The notes under the pieces: model-generated | The model's database searches: none | Seen by the model: only the letters and a program-made list of their open reading frames with translations | What the model was told of the DNA's origin: nothing | Origin: Bacteroidota bacterium | GTDB taxonomy: Bacteria > Bacteroidota > JABWAT01 | Direction of reading: 5' to 3' | Assembly (NCBI GenBank): GCA_020161835.1 | Contig: JAIUNL010000017.1 | Location: 36,634-100,633, forward strand | Length of the DNA: 64,000 bases | Shown here: piece by piece, positions 62,212 to 64,000 of the stretch | Layout of the letters: every line of letters starts with the position of its first letter | Numbering within the stretch: the first letter of the stretch is position 1 | Translations under genes and position numbers: made by a program

Positions 62212-63176
62212 GCAAAATCCAACGGACTTCTAACCCCACCGGCGCCTTTATTGAGTACGTGAGTGTAAATCATTGTTGTTCTGACGTCAGCGTGACCAAG
62301 TAACTCCTGAACTGTTCTGATGTCATATCCGTTGGCAAGCAAATGTGTTGCGAACGAGTGTCTGAACGTGTGACAACTGGCTTTTTTCACAATACCGGCT
62401 GCTTCAATTGCCTTTTGGGTTTCAGACTGCATTCTTGTTGGAAGGATGTGATGGCGGTGGACTTTACCAGTTCTTGGATCTTCTGACCGTGTTCTCATCG
62501 GGAACACATGTTGCCATTTCCATTCTTTCAGGTTTGATCCGAGTACGAGTTGCTGAGCGGAGTTCAGATTCGCTTCACCAAACCCTTCCGCCAGATCCAA
62601 TTCATGAATTTTCTTCACTCTTTCAAGGTGATCTTTCAGCGGTTGGATCAGTGCGCCCGGAAGCATGGTTCTGCGGTCTTTGTTTCCCTTTCCGGCATGA
62701 ACAGTAATTTGCTGGTAACCGAAATCAATATCCATCACCCTGATTCTGAGTGCTTCGAGAAGACGGAGACCAGAGCCATATAATAATGAGGCGATGAGGA
62801 AATAATCCCCCTGAAGAAAGTGGAGCACTTTTTTAACTTCATCGGGGGTAAAGACAACAGGAATCCGGTTGGTTCTTTTTGCCCAGACAATGGAGTCAAT
62901 AGGAGAAAGTTCGCGTTTCAGTACATTTCTATAGAGGAAAATAAGTGCTGCCAGGGCCTGATTTTGGGTGGATGCGGCAACCAATCTTTCAACCGCCAGA
63001 AAGTTAAGAAAGCCCGTAATTTCATTTGCTCCCATTTCATTAGGATGTTTTTTATTGTGAAAATGGATGTATTCTTTAATCCAATGAATATAAGCTTCCT
63101 CAGTTCTCAAACTCAGGTGCCTGATTCTTATTGCTTCGATAACCTGATTCATAAATGGGGATGACGATTTTGCCAC
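62208..63176 (-). CDS. intI: Integron integrase (tyrosine recombinase with IntI insertion)
   Basis: [32 protein letters not shown], IntI patch W.WQ.VFP....[42 protein letters not shown]. Confidence 0.95.
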   Translation of the reverse strand: MAKSSSPFMNQVIEAIRIRHLSLRTEEAYIHWIKEYIHFHNKKHPNEMGANEITGFLNFLAVERLVAASTQNQALAALIFLYRNVLKRELSPIDSIVWAKRTNRIPVVFTPDEVKKVLHFLQGDYFLIASLLYGSGLRLLEALRIRVMDIDFGYQQITVHAGKGNKDRRTMLPGALIQPLKDHLERVKKIHELDLAEGFGEANLNSAQQLVLGSNLKEWKWQHVFPMRTRSEDPRTGKVHRHHILPTRMQSETQKAIEAAGIVKKASCHTFRHSFATHLLANGYDIRTVQELLGHADVRTTMIYTHVLNKGAGGVRSPLDFA

Positions 63177-63185
63177 GGGACACTC

Positions 63186-63201
63186 CTGTCTTTATGTACA
63201 G
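63186..63201. promoter_or_regulatory. LexA (SOS) box of the CTGT-N8-ACAG type upstream of intI
   Basis: CTGT-CTTTATGT-ACAG with flanking TA, 9 nt from the GTG start. Confidence 0.65.
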
Positions 63202-63469
63202 TAAAGATACAAAATAATCCCAGAAATGGAACATTACATTCAATTATTTTGAAAGCTTTTTCTTATGAAAGCGAGATTTAAAATTAACTCAGTCATTAAA
63301 AACATCATTATTGTACTTTTATATTCATTAGAAAAGGGATAGAACGAATAAAAGAACAGCTAAAACGGGACACTCGATTGACAATTAGAATAACTTTATC
63401 GTACTTCAATAAAAGACCGATCACGAAAAGTTTAAGAAAGTTTTTACAAAATATAATCCATTTTTCGTG

Positions 63470-63508
63470 GATTAAACCAAGAGAAACCAATCGAAGACGA
63501 GTTAGAAC
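63470..63508 (+). mobile_element. Candidate attI recombination site (crossover G/TT at 63501)
   Basis: ...AAACCAA-gag-AAACCAA-tcgaagacga-GTTAGAAC; divergent from intI and 25 nt before an AT-rich ORF. Confidence 0.4.
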
Positions 63509-63525
63509 ATATTGGAATCAAAAGT

Positions 63526-64000
63526 ATGCTTTTTTCAGTAATTCAAATTTTGTCGTTATTCTTATCATTGTTAGGCAATCCTGGTTTTATGTGTATTGCT
63601 TACAAAAAATTTTCGATAGCTGAAATTGCAAAAAAGGCAAGGTTAAATGCTGAGTATCAAGTTAAGTTCGATGTGATTGGTTTTCAACCTGTTAATATTT
63701 TTGTTGAGCCAATTGATAGTATTTCCGCAAATTATTTTTCCATGTATGAGTTTTACACCATAAAAAACATAGAGAATATTACCTATCTGAATGATACAAC
63801 GAATTACATTCTGAATGTGAAATATGTTATAAAGACTTTTTCAGAACTAACAAATGATTATGCTGTTCTTAGAGGGAATCATGATCTTGAATTAGGATTT
63901 GTAATTAAATACGAGAAAACGGCTGATCCAAGTATTAGATTAAATCATGAATTTGAAGATACCTTGTGGGTTAACTCCTATATTGAAGCACCAAAAGGTA
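63526..64000 (+). CDS. AT-rich hypothetical protein, probable first gene cassette (truncated by the window end)
   Basis: Not in ORF track; open from ATG 63526 (MLFSVIQILSLFLSLLGNPGFMCIAYKKF...) to 64000; hydrophobic N-terminus. Confidence 0.6.
   Translation, partial: MLFSVIQILSLFLSLLGNPGFMCIAYKKFSIAEIAKKARLNAEYQVKFDVIGFQPVNIFVEPIDSISANYFSMYEFYTIKNIENITYLNDTTNYILNVKYVIKTFSELTNDYAVLRGNHDLELGFVIKYEKTADPSIRLNHEFEDTLWVNSYIEAPKG

Noticed and set aside
63570-63576. GTTAGGC (perfect GTTRRRY) as the attI crossover
   Set aside because: It lies inside the hydrophobic N-terminal coding region of the ORF starting at 63526; 63501 fits better, though this alternative with ATG 63589 cannot be excluded
63308-63623. 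Short ORFs 63308-63490(-) and 63378-63623(+)
   Set aside because: No recognisable features; they overlap the expected Pc/attI region and the longer cassette ORF

Overview
Chromosomal window from an FCB-group bacterium (Bacteroidota/Ignavibacteria-like: TAnnTTTG -7 promoter boxes, three proteins with PVE(F/L)...YPNPFNP type IX secretion C-terminal domains, TonB-dependent receptor). Mostly housekeeping genes (M64 and M14 peptidases, parvulin PPIase, DinG, lspA, dihydroorotase, metF, serA, ABC-2 exporter, rhomboid, ilvD, fused VorB/VorA oxidoreductase, FabH, branched-chain 2-oxoacid dehydrogenase E1a/E1b/E2/E3, lipA). It also holds a 22-kb block of two giant T9SS cargo genes and, at the right edge, an integron (intI, candidate attI, first cassette). 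Main observations not explained by the ORF track: (1) a stand-alone ~155-nt four-hairpin sRNA candidate at ~5371-5527(-) with its own promoter and terminator, whose three sequence-unrelated stems all display a UGGGGAC loop; (2) a signal-peptide leader ORF with a SecM-like RAGP motif coupled to the giant T9SS genes; (3) an intI with a proteobacterial-type LexA box, translationally coupled to a DnaQ/UvrC-like repair gene and lacking the usual RKYP helix motif; (4) a REP-like palindrome family and polar 7-bp repeats, including copies inserted in frame into a T9SS nuclease. All calls come from reading the sequence and recalled family motifs; no database searches were run.
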